Part shown: positions 18,745 through 28,066 of the stretch, one piece after another
How the letters are laid out: every line of letters starts with the position of its first letter
Position numbering within the stretch: position 1 is the first letter of the stretch
Source: Bacteroidales bacterium
GTDB lineage: Bacteria > Bacteroidota > Bacteroidia > Bacteroidales > WCHB1-69
Length of the DNA: 60,852 nucleotides
Assembly (NCBI GenBank): GCA_024682995.1
Contig: JAIKYR010000043.1
Span: forward strand, 1-60,852
Direction of reading: 5' to 3'
Notes under the pieces: model-generated
Database searches by the model: none
The model's input: only the letters and a program-made list of their open reading frames with translations
What the model was told of the DNA's origin: nothing
Made by a program: the position numbers and the translations under genes

Positions 18745-20805
18745 TTACCAGATTCTGGCGCGTTTCGCGGGATCCAGGAACATGGGGTCGCTTGGCTGGA
18801 TATTGAAGGCCTTATAGAAAGCGTCAATATGGGGCAGCGTACCGTTCACGCGCCAGCGGCCGAGGGAATGGGGATCCTCTTTGGTACGACGAAGGATTTC
18901 CTCCGGACGGATGTTGGCAGCCCACACGGCGGCGTATGCCAAGAAGAAGCGTTGCTCAGGAGTGAAACCGTCCATATCGCCTTTGATAGCTCCGTCGGCC
19001 TTGGCCTTCTGGAATGCCGTATAGGAGACGTTCAGACCACCATTGTCGGCGATATTCTCACCCAATGTAAAGGAACCGTTGCCAAACACGCCGGGTGCCA
19101 CCTCAATGGCATTAAAATGATCCACAATCAGTTGGGCTCTTGATTTGAAGGTCTCCGCATCCTGCTCTGTCCACCAGTCAGTGAGGTTGCCGTGCAGGTC
19201 ATAGTTGCGTCCCTGGTCATCAAAACCGTGCGTCATCTCGTGGCCGATCACCACACCAATGGCACCGTAGTTGGCTGCATCGTCGGCGTTCATGTCAAAG
19301 AAGGGCGGTTGGAGGATACCTGCCGGGAAGCAGATCTCATTGGTGTTCGGCTCATAGTAAGCGTTGACCGTCTGCGGGGTCATCTGCCATTCATCCTTAT
19401 CAACGGGCTTACCGATCTTGGCCAGACGATACGCACTCTCAAAGCGGCGGGCGCGCACCACGTTGGCATAATAGCTGTCGTTAGTGATATTGAGGTCGCT
19501 GTAGTCTCTCCATTTGTCAGGATAGCCAATTTTCACATGGAAGGCAGCAAGCTTGTCCAGGGCGTTCTTCTTGGTCACATCGGTCATCCAAGTGGAAGCC
19601 TTGATGCGCTCGCCGAGGGCCCACTGCAGGTTCTTCACCAGCTGTTCCATACGGGCCTTAGCCTCAGCCGGAAAATAGCTCTTCACATACATCTGTCCAA
19701 GTGCCTCACCCAGACAGCCGTCCACGGTTCCAATCACTCGTTTCCAGCGGGGCTTGTTCTCCTGCTTGCCCGAGAGCACCTTGCCGTAAAACTCGAAATC
19801 GGCATTTACGAACTCATCGCTCAGATAGGGAGCCGCGGCATTGATAACATTCCAAGCCAGATAGGCACGGATAACCTCCATATCAGCCACCGAAAGGATG
19901 TTATTCAATCCGGCAAAATAGGAAGGTTGGGCCACATTCAGCGTGTCAATATTCTTAAGATTCAGCGTATGCAGATATTCATTGACATCAATGGCGGGAA
20001 TCATATTTTGGAAATCCAGCGGAGTACATTTGTGGATGGTCTGATAGGGATCGCGGAGCGTGATCTTGTCCACAAAACAGTTGGCCATCATCGTTTCCAA
20101 TGCTAAAACTCGTTTGGCGAGCATTTTCTCGCGGCCTTGGCAGTTCGCCAATTGACTATAGCCAGACATCCGGAACATCTTGGCCATAAGGTTCGCATAC
20201 TCGTCGCGAATATGCTGCTGGTCGGCATCCAAGTAATAGTCGCGGTCGCCAATGCCGAGGCCCGTCTGCCAGAGGTAAGCGATGGTCATATCGCTATTGT
20301 CGGGATCGGAGGAGCCGAAAAGACCGAAGAAAGGATTCAAACCTTCCAACGACATCAAGGCCAGCTTTTTGGTGATGCCCTCACGATTCAGAGCGGCAAT
20401 ATCTTTCAATTCACCTTGTATGGGCTGGGCACCCTGTTTCTCCAACTGCACAGTGTCCATACCAATCTTATAGAGATCACCCACCTTCTGTTCCACCGTA
20501 CCGACGGCATTTTTCTGCGAAGCGAGCTTCAGCACCAGATCCTTAAGCTGTTTCTGGTTGTTTTCAGCCAGCACATCGAAGCTGCCGAAACGGGAATACT
20601 CATTGCCCAGCGGATTGAGCTTCATCCATCCGCCGCAGGCATACTGATAGAAATCCACAGTGGGCTTCACGGAATTGTCCAGATTGGAAGCCACGATACC
20701 GGATTTGACTTTTTTAGGTTTCACTTTGGAGGTCATAGGTGCAGAACTTGAAAAAACGACAAACAAAGCCGCAAGAGACAGCGTCAAAAGGCAACTTTTT
20801 TTCAT
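18745..20805 (-). CDS. pepO: M13 family metalloendopeptidase (PepO/neprilysin-like)
   Basis: DFYQYACGGW, VNAYY, HEMTHGFD, GENIADNGG, DPHS..RVNG; signal peptide. Confidence 0.92.
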   Translation of the reverse strand: MKKSCLLTLSLAALFVVFSSSAPMTSKVKPKKVKSGIVASNLDNSVKPTVDFYQYACGGWMKLNPLGNEYSRFGSFDVLAENNQKQLKDLVLKLASQKNAVGTVEQKVGDLYKIGMDTVQLEKQGAQPIQGELKDIAALNREGITKKLALMSLEGLNPFFGLFGSSDPDNSDMTIAYLWQTGLGIGDRDYYLDADQQHIRDEYANLMAKMFRMSGYSQLANCQGREKMLAKRVLALETMMANCFVDKITLRDPYQTIHKCTPLDFQNMIPAIDVNEYLHTLNLKNIDTLNVAQPSYFAGLNNILSVADMEVIRAYLAWNVINAAAPYLSDEFVNADFEFYGKVLSGKQENKPRWKRVIGTVDGCLGEALGQMYVKSYFPAEAKARMEQLVKNLQWALGERIKASTWMTDVTKKNALDKLAAFHVKIGYPDKWRDYSDLNITNDSYYANVVRARRFESAYRLAKIGKPVDKDEWQMTPQTVNAYYEPNTNEICFPAGILQPPFFDMNADDAANYGAIGVVIGHEMTHGFDDQGRNYDLHGNLTDWWTEQDAETFKSRAQLIVDHFNAIEVAPGVFGNGSFTLGENIADNGGLNVSYTAFQKAKADGAIKGDMDGFTPEQRFFLAYAAVWAANIRPEEILRRTKEDPHSLGRWRVNGTLPHIDAFYKAFNIQPSDPMFLDPAKRARIW

Positions 20806-21073
20806 AGAATCTAATTAATTATCAATATCTTAAAACAAAAAACTCCCCTCTCTCAAGGGGAGCGCAAATATACACTATTTTTTTTAATCCTTTGTTCACG
20901 GCAGTCAAAAACATTTATCTACTGCCGTTGAGGAATCATGAACATCCGTGATGTTACAAAAATCTTGTACAAATTTCTGGGTTCATTGTATTTTCCTGTG
21001 TTATATGTTTTTTTTCTACTTTTGCAGACATATTTGTGATACGGCGTTTTTGTCATCTATTTTAATTGTGCTT

Positions 21074-23647
21074 ATGAAGAAATTATCACTTATTATAGGC
21101 TCCATTCTTTTGTTCATAACCGCCCATGCGCAGTACAATCTTGCCACCACCAGCATCGATCCTGCAGCTGACTCGGTGGCGGTTACCCGGATGCGGCAAA
21201 AGATGGACTCCATTCGCAAGTTCCGTCCCACCGTGGCCGTGGTGTTGGCGGGAGGTGGCGCCAAAGGTGCTGCCCACGTGGGCGCGCTCGAATACATCGA
21301 GGAACTCGGCATCCCTGTTGACATGGTGCTCGGCACCAGCATGGGGGGACTCGTTGGCGGCCTTTACGCCATGGGCTATCCCGCAGCCCTCATCGACAGC
21401 ATCCTCATCAACATGAACTGGGGGGTGATGATGAGTGATTTCGTGCCCACGGAAAAACTCAACTACCGGCGACGCAAGTTCAACGAAACTTACGCCCTGC
21501 GCATCCCGCTCTATTACGAAAACGACCAAAAGTGGCATGGACGTGAGCTCCTGAAGAGATATCAAGAGAGCGTGAAGATCAATGAAGGGGACCAAAACGC
21601 CTCTTCCGACATCGGCGAGCAGACTCTCCGGCGAGGCATTGTCGCCAACATACCGGAAGGCGTACTCTTTGGATACAATGTCTATAACCTGATCAACAGC
21701 CTAACAGTCGGCTATCAGGATTCCATGAACTTCTCTGATCTGCCCATCCCCTATTGCTGCGTGGCCACAGACCTCGTGACCTTGAAGGCCAAGTACTGGA
21801 CCAGCGGCTACCTGACGGAGGCGATGCGCTCCACGATGTCCATTCCGCTCTATTTCACGCCGGTACGCAACAAGGATATGGTGCTCGTGGACGGCGGCAC
21901 GCGCAACAATTTTCCTACCGACATGGCTTGTGCCATGGGTGCCGACTATATCATTGGCATTGACTTGAGCCAGCCGAGAGGATATGAGGAGATTAATGGC
22001 GTGGGCAAACTGCTGCAACAGAACATTGCGCTCATGGGCAAGGAGGCCTTCGACCACAACAGGCCGCTCGCCAATGTCTATATCCACCCCAAGATGGATG
22101 GCATGAACATGTTCAGTTTCCAGACCAAGAACATTGTCGAATGCATTCAACGGGGAAAGGAGGCCGCAAGGCAGCAGGACTCCAGCTTGCAAGTCATCCT
22201 CCGTGCCGTGACGCCCGGGCTTGTCCAATCGAAAGCGATGAAAGACCAAAAGCAACAACCTCTAGGGGTGAATATCGCCACAAAGGACATTCTTGTCGGC
22301 AGTATTCGGTTCGAGGGGATCAGCAGCGAGCTCACGGACTTCCTTCTGCGGAACATCGAGTTGGACACGGGCAAACGCTACAATCGCGATGACATTGAGA
22401 ATGCACTGGCCGTGCTCTATGGCAGCGGCCTCTTCAAGAACGCATCCTATCGGATCGAGGGCTCGCGTGAACCACACACCTTGGTGTTCAAGGGCGAGAG
22501 AGGCCCCATCCACCAAGTGGGCGTCGGGCTGCGGTTCACCTCTCACGACCTGATCTCGTTGGGACTCAATTTCGGATTCAACAGCCGAAAGCCGTACGGC
22601 TTCAAATTCGACGCCTCGGCGGTCATAGGCAAGAACCTCAAGGGCGAGTTGGACCTCTATTACGTCCCGCGTCACGGCCCCGCCTTCGGAATGGATATTA
22701 AAACATACTATACTCAATTGAAAGTCAGCCCTCTGCATTCCATATTATCCGATTACACCCTCAATACACTTTGTACATACAGCTACTGGAACAACCGGCT
22801 GCAACTCTATATCAGAGACAACCAATGGCTGCATAACGGTTATTATAAAGGAGGATTTGAGCTGAATGTGATGCCGTATGCTTTGTCCACCGTTTTCTTG
22901 AATGTAATGTCTGACGACAGTACTGCAAATAATGCTGCCTATGAATACGACTATTACATGGATGGCGCGGCTTATCTGTACCGGAACCGTTGGGATAACC
23001 ATGCCCTATCCTTTTTCGTGGAGGGAGCATACGACAATACTGATGACAAATATTTCCCCACTCATGGCATTGATGTCGGCGGCCGATATGACTTGGTCTT
23101 TTACAGCAGAAATCCGGAAAAAAACACTCTCCGTTATCATAACTTTAACATGCACATCAAGGGTGTCATCCCCGTGGTCAACCGTTTTGTTATCATGCTC
23201 TCCGGAAATTTAGGATCTATCCAGGCATTGAATTTTTCCAGCTTCAATCGGGATGTTGCGGTACATAATGATGTCCATCAGACATTTGTCGGCGGCATAC
23301 GTGACGGGGAATATATCCAAAATCAGCTCTCGTATGTAGGATATAATGTGCTACAAGCCGTGTACCGCAGCAACACCACCGCTGTCGCCAGGATGGATCT
23401 GCGTTACCAAATCGGGCGCAAGGATTACATTTCGTTCATAACGTCCCTCTATAAGGCCTTCGTCTTATTCGATAAAAATGGGAACCACATACATGGCGTT
23501 GATTACATACGGCCCACGGATTATTGTTTTGTCCTCCAGTACGGTCACAAGTCGCTCATCGGGCCGATATTGTTCAACGTCCACTGGTCGGCCAACGGCA
23601 AGCCCGCCCGATGGGGAGCCTATTTGAGCATCGGGTTCGATTTCTAG
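21074..23647 (+). CDS. Patatin-like phospholipase fused to POTRA and outer-membrane beta-barrel (PlpD-like)
   Basis: GGGAKG, GTSMG, DGG motifs; C-terminal YLSIGFDF; start at MKKLSL after -7 box tacttttgc at about 21018. Confidence 0.88.
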   Translation: MKKLSLIIGSILLFITAHAQYNLATTSIDPAADSVAVTRMRQKMDSIRKFRPTVAVVLAGGGAKGAAHVGALEYIEELGIPVDMVLGTSMGGLVGGLYAMGYPAALIDSILINMNWGVMMSDFVPTEKLNYRRRKFNETYALRIPLYYENDQKWHGRELLKRYQESVKINEGDQNASSDIGEQTLRRGIVANIPEGVLFGYNVYNLINSLTVGYQDSMNFSDLPIPYCCVATDLVTLKAKYWTSGYLTEAMRSTMSIPLYFTPVRNKDMVLVDGGTRNNFPTDMACAMGADYIIGIDLSQPRGYEEINGVGKLLQQNIALMGKEAFDHNRPLANVYIHPKMDGMNMFSFQTKNIVECIQRGKEAARQQDSSLQVILRAVTPGLVQSKAMKDQKQQPLGVNIATKDILVGSIRFEGISSELTDFLLRNIELDTGKRYNRDDIENALAVLYGSGLFKNASYRIEGSREPHTLVFKGERGPIHQVGVGLRFTSHDLISLGLNFGFNSRKPYGFKFDASAVIGKNLKGELDLYYVPRHGPAFGMDIKTYYTQLKVSPLHSILSDYTLNTLCTYSYWNNRLQLYIRDNQWLHNGYYKGGFELNVMPYALSTVFLNVMSDDSTANNAAYEYDYYMDGAAYLYRNRWDNHALSFFVEGAYDNTDDKYFPTHGIDVGGRYDLVFYSRNPEKNTLRYHNFNMHIKGVIPVVNRFVIMLSGNLGSIQALNFSSFNRDVAVHNDVHQTFVGGIRDGEYIQNQLSYVGYNVLQAVYRSNTTAVARMDLRYQIGRKDYISFITSLYKAFVLFDKNGNHIHGVDYIRPTDYCFVLQYGHKSLIGPILFNVHWSANGKPARWGAYLSIGFDF

Positions 23648-23670
23648 TTGTCAGCAGTTGCAGAAAGATA

Positions 23671-25827
23671 CTATTCCACCATTACCTTGCGGATGAGGCG
23701 GCCTTTTTCGGTGGCCAATTCCAAGAGATAGAGTCCTGCGGGGAGCGAGGACACGTCCAGACGCTGATGCTGTTCACCCTGCACCGCGGGCCATGTCTCC
23801 GCACGGAGCACCTTGCCCGTGACATCCGTCAGGCGCATCGTCACCGGCAGCGACTCGGGATTGGTGAACAAGATATTCAGTTGGTCGGCGACAGGATTGG
23901 GATACACCTGCGCATCCTGCACACCGTTGTGGTCATCCACACTGGCGATGGCGTAATATTCGAAGTTGAAACCGTCACCCTGGTCCCAGTTGTCGGCCAC
24001 AAAAACGACACGCATCTTCGGGAAAGTAACGTTGTAGGTACCTGATGGCATGTTATTGTTATCGAAACGCTTATAGAATGTAGGCGGATTAGTGGTATTA
24101 TCATACACATCCACAAAATCGCCGCTGCCGAGCTCGAATTTCGGGAACGCGAAAGCATATCCGCTAATGTAATTAATGGACACATTCCAGTTACAGGTGG
24201 TTTCGGGCATATAATCCTTGCCTGCCGCCGTGCCATCAGAGAGAATGGTATGCCAGTCTGTCACATTGGTTGAAAAATCGCAGGGTGTTAATTCGCCAAG
24301 CTGGCTCTGATAACTGATGAGGAATCCGTAATAGTCCGTATTCGTCGTCTCATTGCCCGTTGTGGTGAACGTGATCAGCACGCTGTCGGCATTCACCGTA
24401 TAAGTGGCGGTGGGCACCTGATTGCCCGTGAGCGACACCTTCTCGCCAGAGGAGACATCCGGACCGTTGTAGATCGTCACATAATCCACATTCGGTTTCA
24501 GGTCAAGACGGTCGAAGGAGAACGTGTAGCTGTTGGCTCCGGGCGCGGCCACAATCCAAGAGCAGTCGGGATTCGGCTGGTAAGGTCTTGCCGTCTGGGA
24601 ACCATCGGACACATAGCCGAAGGTGGCCGTATTGCGCTGGCGTTGCACACAAGTGCTGGGCGTGATGGCCCCTGACGGGAAAATGTTCGTGATGGCTATG
24701 CAGCCACTGTTGAAGCTGCTGCCGCCTACGGTGAAGTTATCCATAGCAAAATAGGCATTGGAACCTCCACCCCACCCCCAATTGATATGGAAGCGGTCGT
24801 TGTCGTCATAATCGTCCAACACGAATGCGTGTCCGCCCGAGCCATCATCAGGATGTCCGGAATAGAGGATTGGACGGCGGTGGTCAATTTCACTCTTCAG
24901 CACACTGATATACTCCGAGACAAGCGCACCCGGGTAGGAATCCCGCACATATTTGGTGATACTTTGATCATAAAAGAAATTCTCGTACAAACGTCTGGCG
25001 GCGGTCTCCGTATAAGCGCCGGATCCTGTGGGATTATACCCCATCTTTATGGCCACGCCAATATGGTATGCCAGTTTGGATATTTCATTGGCATACGAAA
25101 AAGGTTCATTACACATGGCATCCCAGTTGTACGTGTGATGGGCAAAATTCACGCTCTGCATCCCATAGCCCTGGGCGGCATACATCGAGGCTCCTTGTCC
25201 CTGTTTAGGATGGCGGTGATAGTTCATAATCTGCGCGGTGGCCAGGGCCGTACAGCCGTTGGGCACGCGGAAGTCGTAATACGGACCCGACGCCACATCC
25301 CACGGGCAGTAGGTATTGTAGTACATGTTCTGGTTCCAGCGGGTCGTGAGCAAGGGGCCGCGGACGGGTATCTTGGAGACCTTCGGCACGAACTCGTCGG
25401 CCAGGTAGCGGTCCCAGTCGGCGGCATCGCGCGGAAGCGCACCCACCTTGGCCGCCTCCACGCGGCGGGTCTCCGACGCATAGCCGGCAAAGGCACTCTT
25501 AACGGGCGGTATCGCCTCATAGTCATCTTCCAGCGAATAGGCCAGCACTGGCATCACGGACTTGGAGGCGGAGACCAGCACAAAGCCGTGCGGAACCAGT
25601 GCGAAACGGTACAGATAGACCATACCGTCCGCATCCGCGACGGATTCCTGCAGGGTTGCCGACAGAGCGGCAGCCGCCGCTGGGGAGGTCTTCTCAATCA
25701 GGAAACGCTGACAGACCTTGGCAGCCTCTTCCGCCGTAACTGATTGCGCCGACATCCTGCCGGCCATAAAAAAGAACAGGATGCCGACCACAATGGCAAA
25801 CAGCCCGTTAAGAGAGTCTTTTTTCAT
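23671..25827 (-). CDS. C10 (streptopain-like) cysteine peptidase with prodomain, CUB-like domains and T9SS type A CTD
   Basis: WNQ, GCTALATAQIM (Cys), GHAFV (His), HINWGWGG; VYPNP...LPAGLYLL...RKVMVE. Confidence 0.9.
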   Translation of the reverse strand: MKKDSLNGLFAIVVGILFFFMAGRMSAQSVTAEEAAKVCQRFLIEKTSPAAAAALSATLQESVADADGMVYLYRFALVPHGFVLVSASKSVMPVLAYSLEDDYEAIPPVKSAFAGYASETRRVEAAKVGALPRDAADWDRYLADEFVPKVSKIPVRGPLLTTRWNQNMYYNTYCPWDVASGPYYDFRVPNGCTALATAQIMNYHRHPKQGQGASMYAAQGYGMQSVNFAHHTYNWDAMCNEPFSYANEISKLAYHIGVAIKMGYNPTGSGAYTETAARRLYENFFYDQSITKYVRDSYPGALVSEYISVLKSEIDHRRPILYSGHPDDGSGGHAFVLDDYDDNDRFHINWGWGGGSNAYFAMDNFTVGGSSFNSGCIAITNIFPSGAITPSTCVQRQRNTATFGYVSDGSQTARPYQPNPDCSWIVAAPGANSYTFSFDRLDLKPNVDYVTIYNGPDVSSGEKVSLTGNQVPTATYTVNADSVLITFTTTGNETTNTDYYGFLISYQSQLGELTPCDFSTNVTDWHTILSDGTAAGKDYMPETTCNWNVSINYISGYAFAFPKFELGSGDFVDVYDNTTNPPTFYKRFDNNNMPSGTYNVTFPKMRVVFVADNWDQGDGFNFEYYAIASVDDHNGVQDAQVYPNPVADQLNILFTNPESLPVTMRLTDVTGKVLRAETWPAVQGEQHQRLDVSSLPAGLYLLELATEKGRLIRKVMVE

Positions 25828-25862
25828 ATTCTTGAATTTAATATACTACAATATAATATGTA

Positions 25863-26939
25863 TTACAGACGGTCCACGCAGTTGAGATCCTGGAAAGCCA
25901 CTTTCAGGCGCTCCACCATGGACTTCTCGCCTTCGCGAAGGAATACACGCGGATCATAATACTTCTTGTTCGGTTTGTCCTCGCCTTCGGGATTGCCAAT
26001 CTGTCCCTGCAGGTAAGCCTCATTCTTTTTATAGTAGTTCATGACGCCTTCCCAAAATGCCCATTGCGTGTCGGTGTCAATGTTCATCTTGACCACACCA
26101 TAGCTGATGGCTTCCTTGATCTTGGCTGGTTCAGAGCCGGAGCCGCCATGGAATACGAAGTTGACAGGATTCTCAGCCGTACCATACTTCTTCTGGATGT
26201 ATTCCTGGGAGTTGTGCAGGATGATGGGCTCAAGTTTCACATTGCCGGGTTTATATACGCCATGTACGTTGCCGAAAGAGGCAGCGATAGTGAAGTTCGG
26301 GCTGATCTTGCTCAGTTCCTCGTAGGCATAGGCCACATCTTCGGGCTGGGTGTAGAGGCGGGCACTGTCAATGCCGGTATTATCCACACCATCCTCCTCG
26401 CCACCGGTGATGCCGAGCTCGATTTCGAGGGTCATCTCAATCTTAGCCATGCGGGTGAGATACTTCTTGCAGATTTCAATATTCTCTTTCAGAGGTTCTT
26501 CCGAAAGGTCAAGCATGTGGGAGCTGAAAAGCGGCTTGCCATATTGGGCATAATATTTCTCACCAGCATCCAAAAGGCCGTCAATCCAGGGAAGGAGTTT
26601 CTTGGCGGCGTGGTCGGTGTGGAGCACCACAGGTACGCCGTACATCTCGGCCATCTCGTGCACATGCATGGCACCGGAGACCGTACCACGGATGGCTGCC
26701 GCCTGACCGTCATTGTTCAAAGACTTTCCGCCGAAGAAGACACCGCCTCCGTTGGAGAACTGGATCATCACCGGTGAGTTGACCGTCTTGGCTGCCTCCA
26801 GCACGGCATTCACAGAGTTTGTTCCCACCACATTCACGGCGGGCATGGCGAACTTGCCAGCTTTCGCGATTCTGAAAATTTCCTGTAAATCTTTTCCGTA
26901 AACCACTCCGGGTTTCACTTTACTTAAAATCTTTTCCAT
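25863..26939 (-). CDS. fbaA: Class II fructose-bisphosphate aldolase
   Basis: HTDH, FSSHMLDLSEE, GNVHGVYKPG, FHGGSG, KMNIDTD. Confidence 0.97.
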   Translation of the reverse strand: MEKILSKVKPGVVYGKDLQEIFRIAKAGKFAMPAVNVVGTNSVNAVLEAAKTVNSPVMIQFSNGGGVFFGGKSLNNDGQAAAIRGTVSGAMHVHEMAEMYGVPVVLHTDHAAKKLLPWIDGLLDAGEKYYAQYGKPLFSSHMLDLSEEPLKENIEICKKYLTRMAKIEMTLEIELGITGGEEDGVDNTGIDSARLYTQPEDVAYAYEELSKISPNFTIAASFGNVHGVYKPGNVKLEPIILHNSQEYIQKKYGTAENPVNFVFHGGSGSEPAKIKEAISYGVVKMNIDTDTQWAFWEGVMNYYKKNEAYLQGQIGNPEGEDKPNKKYYDPRVFLREGEKSMVERLKVAFQDLNCVDRL

Positions 26940-26974
26940 GTCTTTCTACTGTTTTTTATTGTAAATTAAAAAAA

Positions 26975-27298
26975 TTATCTTTTCCGTTTCCGTTTCCAAA
27001 GCCATCCCACCACCTTTGCCCCCACAGACAAGGCCGTCACAAGACCCGGCTTGTTGGACAAAGCCGATATTTTGGATAATCCTGACGACACGCTGTCGGG
27101 CACATTCCGTTTGCGGAACGTGGCGATGCTGACAATACGATTCCAGACACGCTTCAACGTGTCCACATCATCCTGATAGGCATCGAAGTCGCGGTTCAAG
27201 CGTTTTTCCTGTTTTGCTATCTGCTTGCGCAGCTGTGCCTTACGGAGGGCTATCTCCTCCAGATTCTGATAAGGCGACGATTGGATGCGATTAGTCAT
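26975..27298 (-). CDS. Hypothetical basic protein (YqjK-like position)
   Basis: Overlaps upstream stop; coiled-coil then amphipathic C-terminus. Confidence 0.55.
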   Translation of the reverse strand: MTNRIQSSPYQNLEEIALRKAQLRKQIAKQEKRLNRDFDAYQDDVDTLKRVWNRIVSIATFRKRNVPDSVSSGLSKISALSNKPGLVTALSVGAKVVGWLWKRKRKR

Positions 27299-27731
27299 GG
27301 TCATCTCCTTCCTTGTCAAAAATAACCTCCAGCGGTGTCTGCGGTTCTTCCGGTTCCGAGGTTTCCTTTTCGGAACGGCCATAGAGGATGCGGCTGAACT
27401 TCCGAATCAGAGGTTTTACAAATAACATATCCTTATAGTGGAGCACCACCAGAATGATGACCACAAACAAGGCGCATACGATGGTGTATGCCCATCCTGC
27501 GTTCAGGGCCAGCGTGAGCCAGCTGATCAGCGCGGAAGAGAGGTAGATGAGCACCGCCAACGCACACACCACGACAATCAGCATAGACAAGATCACCGAC
27601 AACAGCTGCGACGACTTCTCCAGCAGTTCGAGTTTGAGCAAATCGTAACGCTGAGACAAGTAGGTCTTCACATCCTTGATTGTCCGAGCATTACGTGGCG
27701 AATCTTTGGAAAATAAACTGAAGATATCCAT
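27291..27731 (-). CDS. Two-TM 'phage holin family'/YqjE-like membrane protein
   Basis: Y...RYDLLKLELLEK then two TM helices. Confidence 0.7.
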   Translation of the reverse strand: MDIFSLFSKDSPRNARTIKDVKTYLSQRYDLLKLELLEKSSQLLSVILSMLIVVVCALAVLIYLSSALISWLTLALNAGWAYTIVCALFVVIILVVLHYKDMLFVKPLIRKFSRILYGRSEKETSEPEEPQTPLEVIFDKEGDDHD

Positions 27732-27741
27732 TCGGCGAGAA

Positions 27742-27984
27742 TTACGCTTGAACGTCTTCTTCCTCCATGTCATCCAACAAGTCGTCCATCTCCACTTCCT
27801 CCTCGGCGGGAGCGGCACATCTCTTGCTTTTCAACTTCTCAATGATGCGGTCAATCTCCTCCTTAGTCATTCTCTTGGAGACATTAGTACGGATTTCCTT
27901 ACCTTTTTCTGTGGTGAACAACAAGGTTACACCTACTGCTGCTGCAGCGCCAGCGGCAAACGCCAAAATTTCAGATGCTTTCAT
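27742..27984 (-). CDS. YtxH-domain protein
   Basis: AFAAGAAAAVGVTLLFTTEKGKEIR. Confidence 0.75.
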   Translation of the reverse strand: MKASEILAFAAGAAAAVGVTLLFTTEKGKEIRTNVSKRMTKEEIDRIIEKLKSKRCAAPAEEEVEMDDLLDDMEEEDVQA

Positions 27985-28028
27985 AAATGTGTGTTTTAAA
28001 TTGTGATTTGTAATTTATAAACTGTAAT

Positions 28029-28066
28029 CTATTAATTATTAATTGTTAATTGTTAATTGTTAATTG
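28029..28066 (-). repeat. Heptamer tandem repeat (CAATTAA)n supplying the uvrA stop
   Basis: caattaacaattaacaattaacaattaataattaatag on minus strand. Confidence 0.9.

Noticed and set aside
20948-21073. N-terminal extensions in the ORF track (patatin, DUF819, porin, 46330 barrel, XRE, lolA, folC)
   Set aside because: Extensions cross promoter boxes, repeats or neighbouring genes; downstream ATGs give proper signal peptides or family starts
27291-27731. 'Phage holin' as evidence of a prophage
   Set aside because: Sits in the ordinary YtxH / YqjE-like / YqjK-like chromosomal trio; no phage genes nearby
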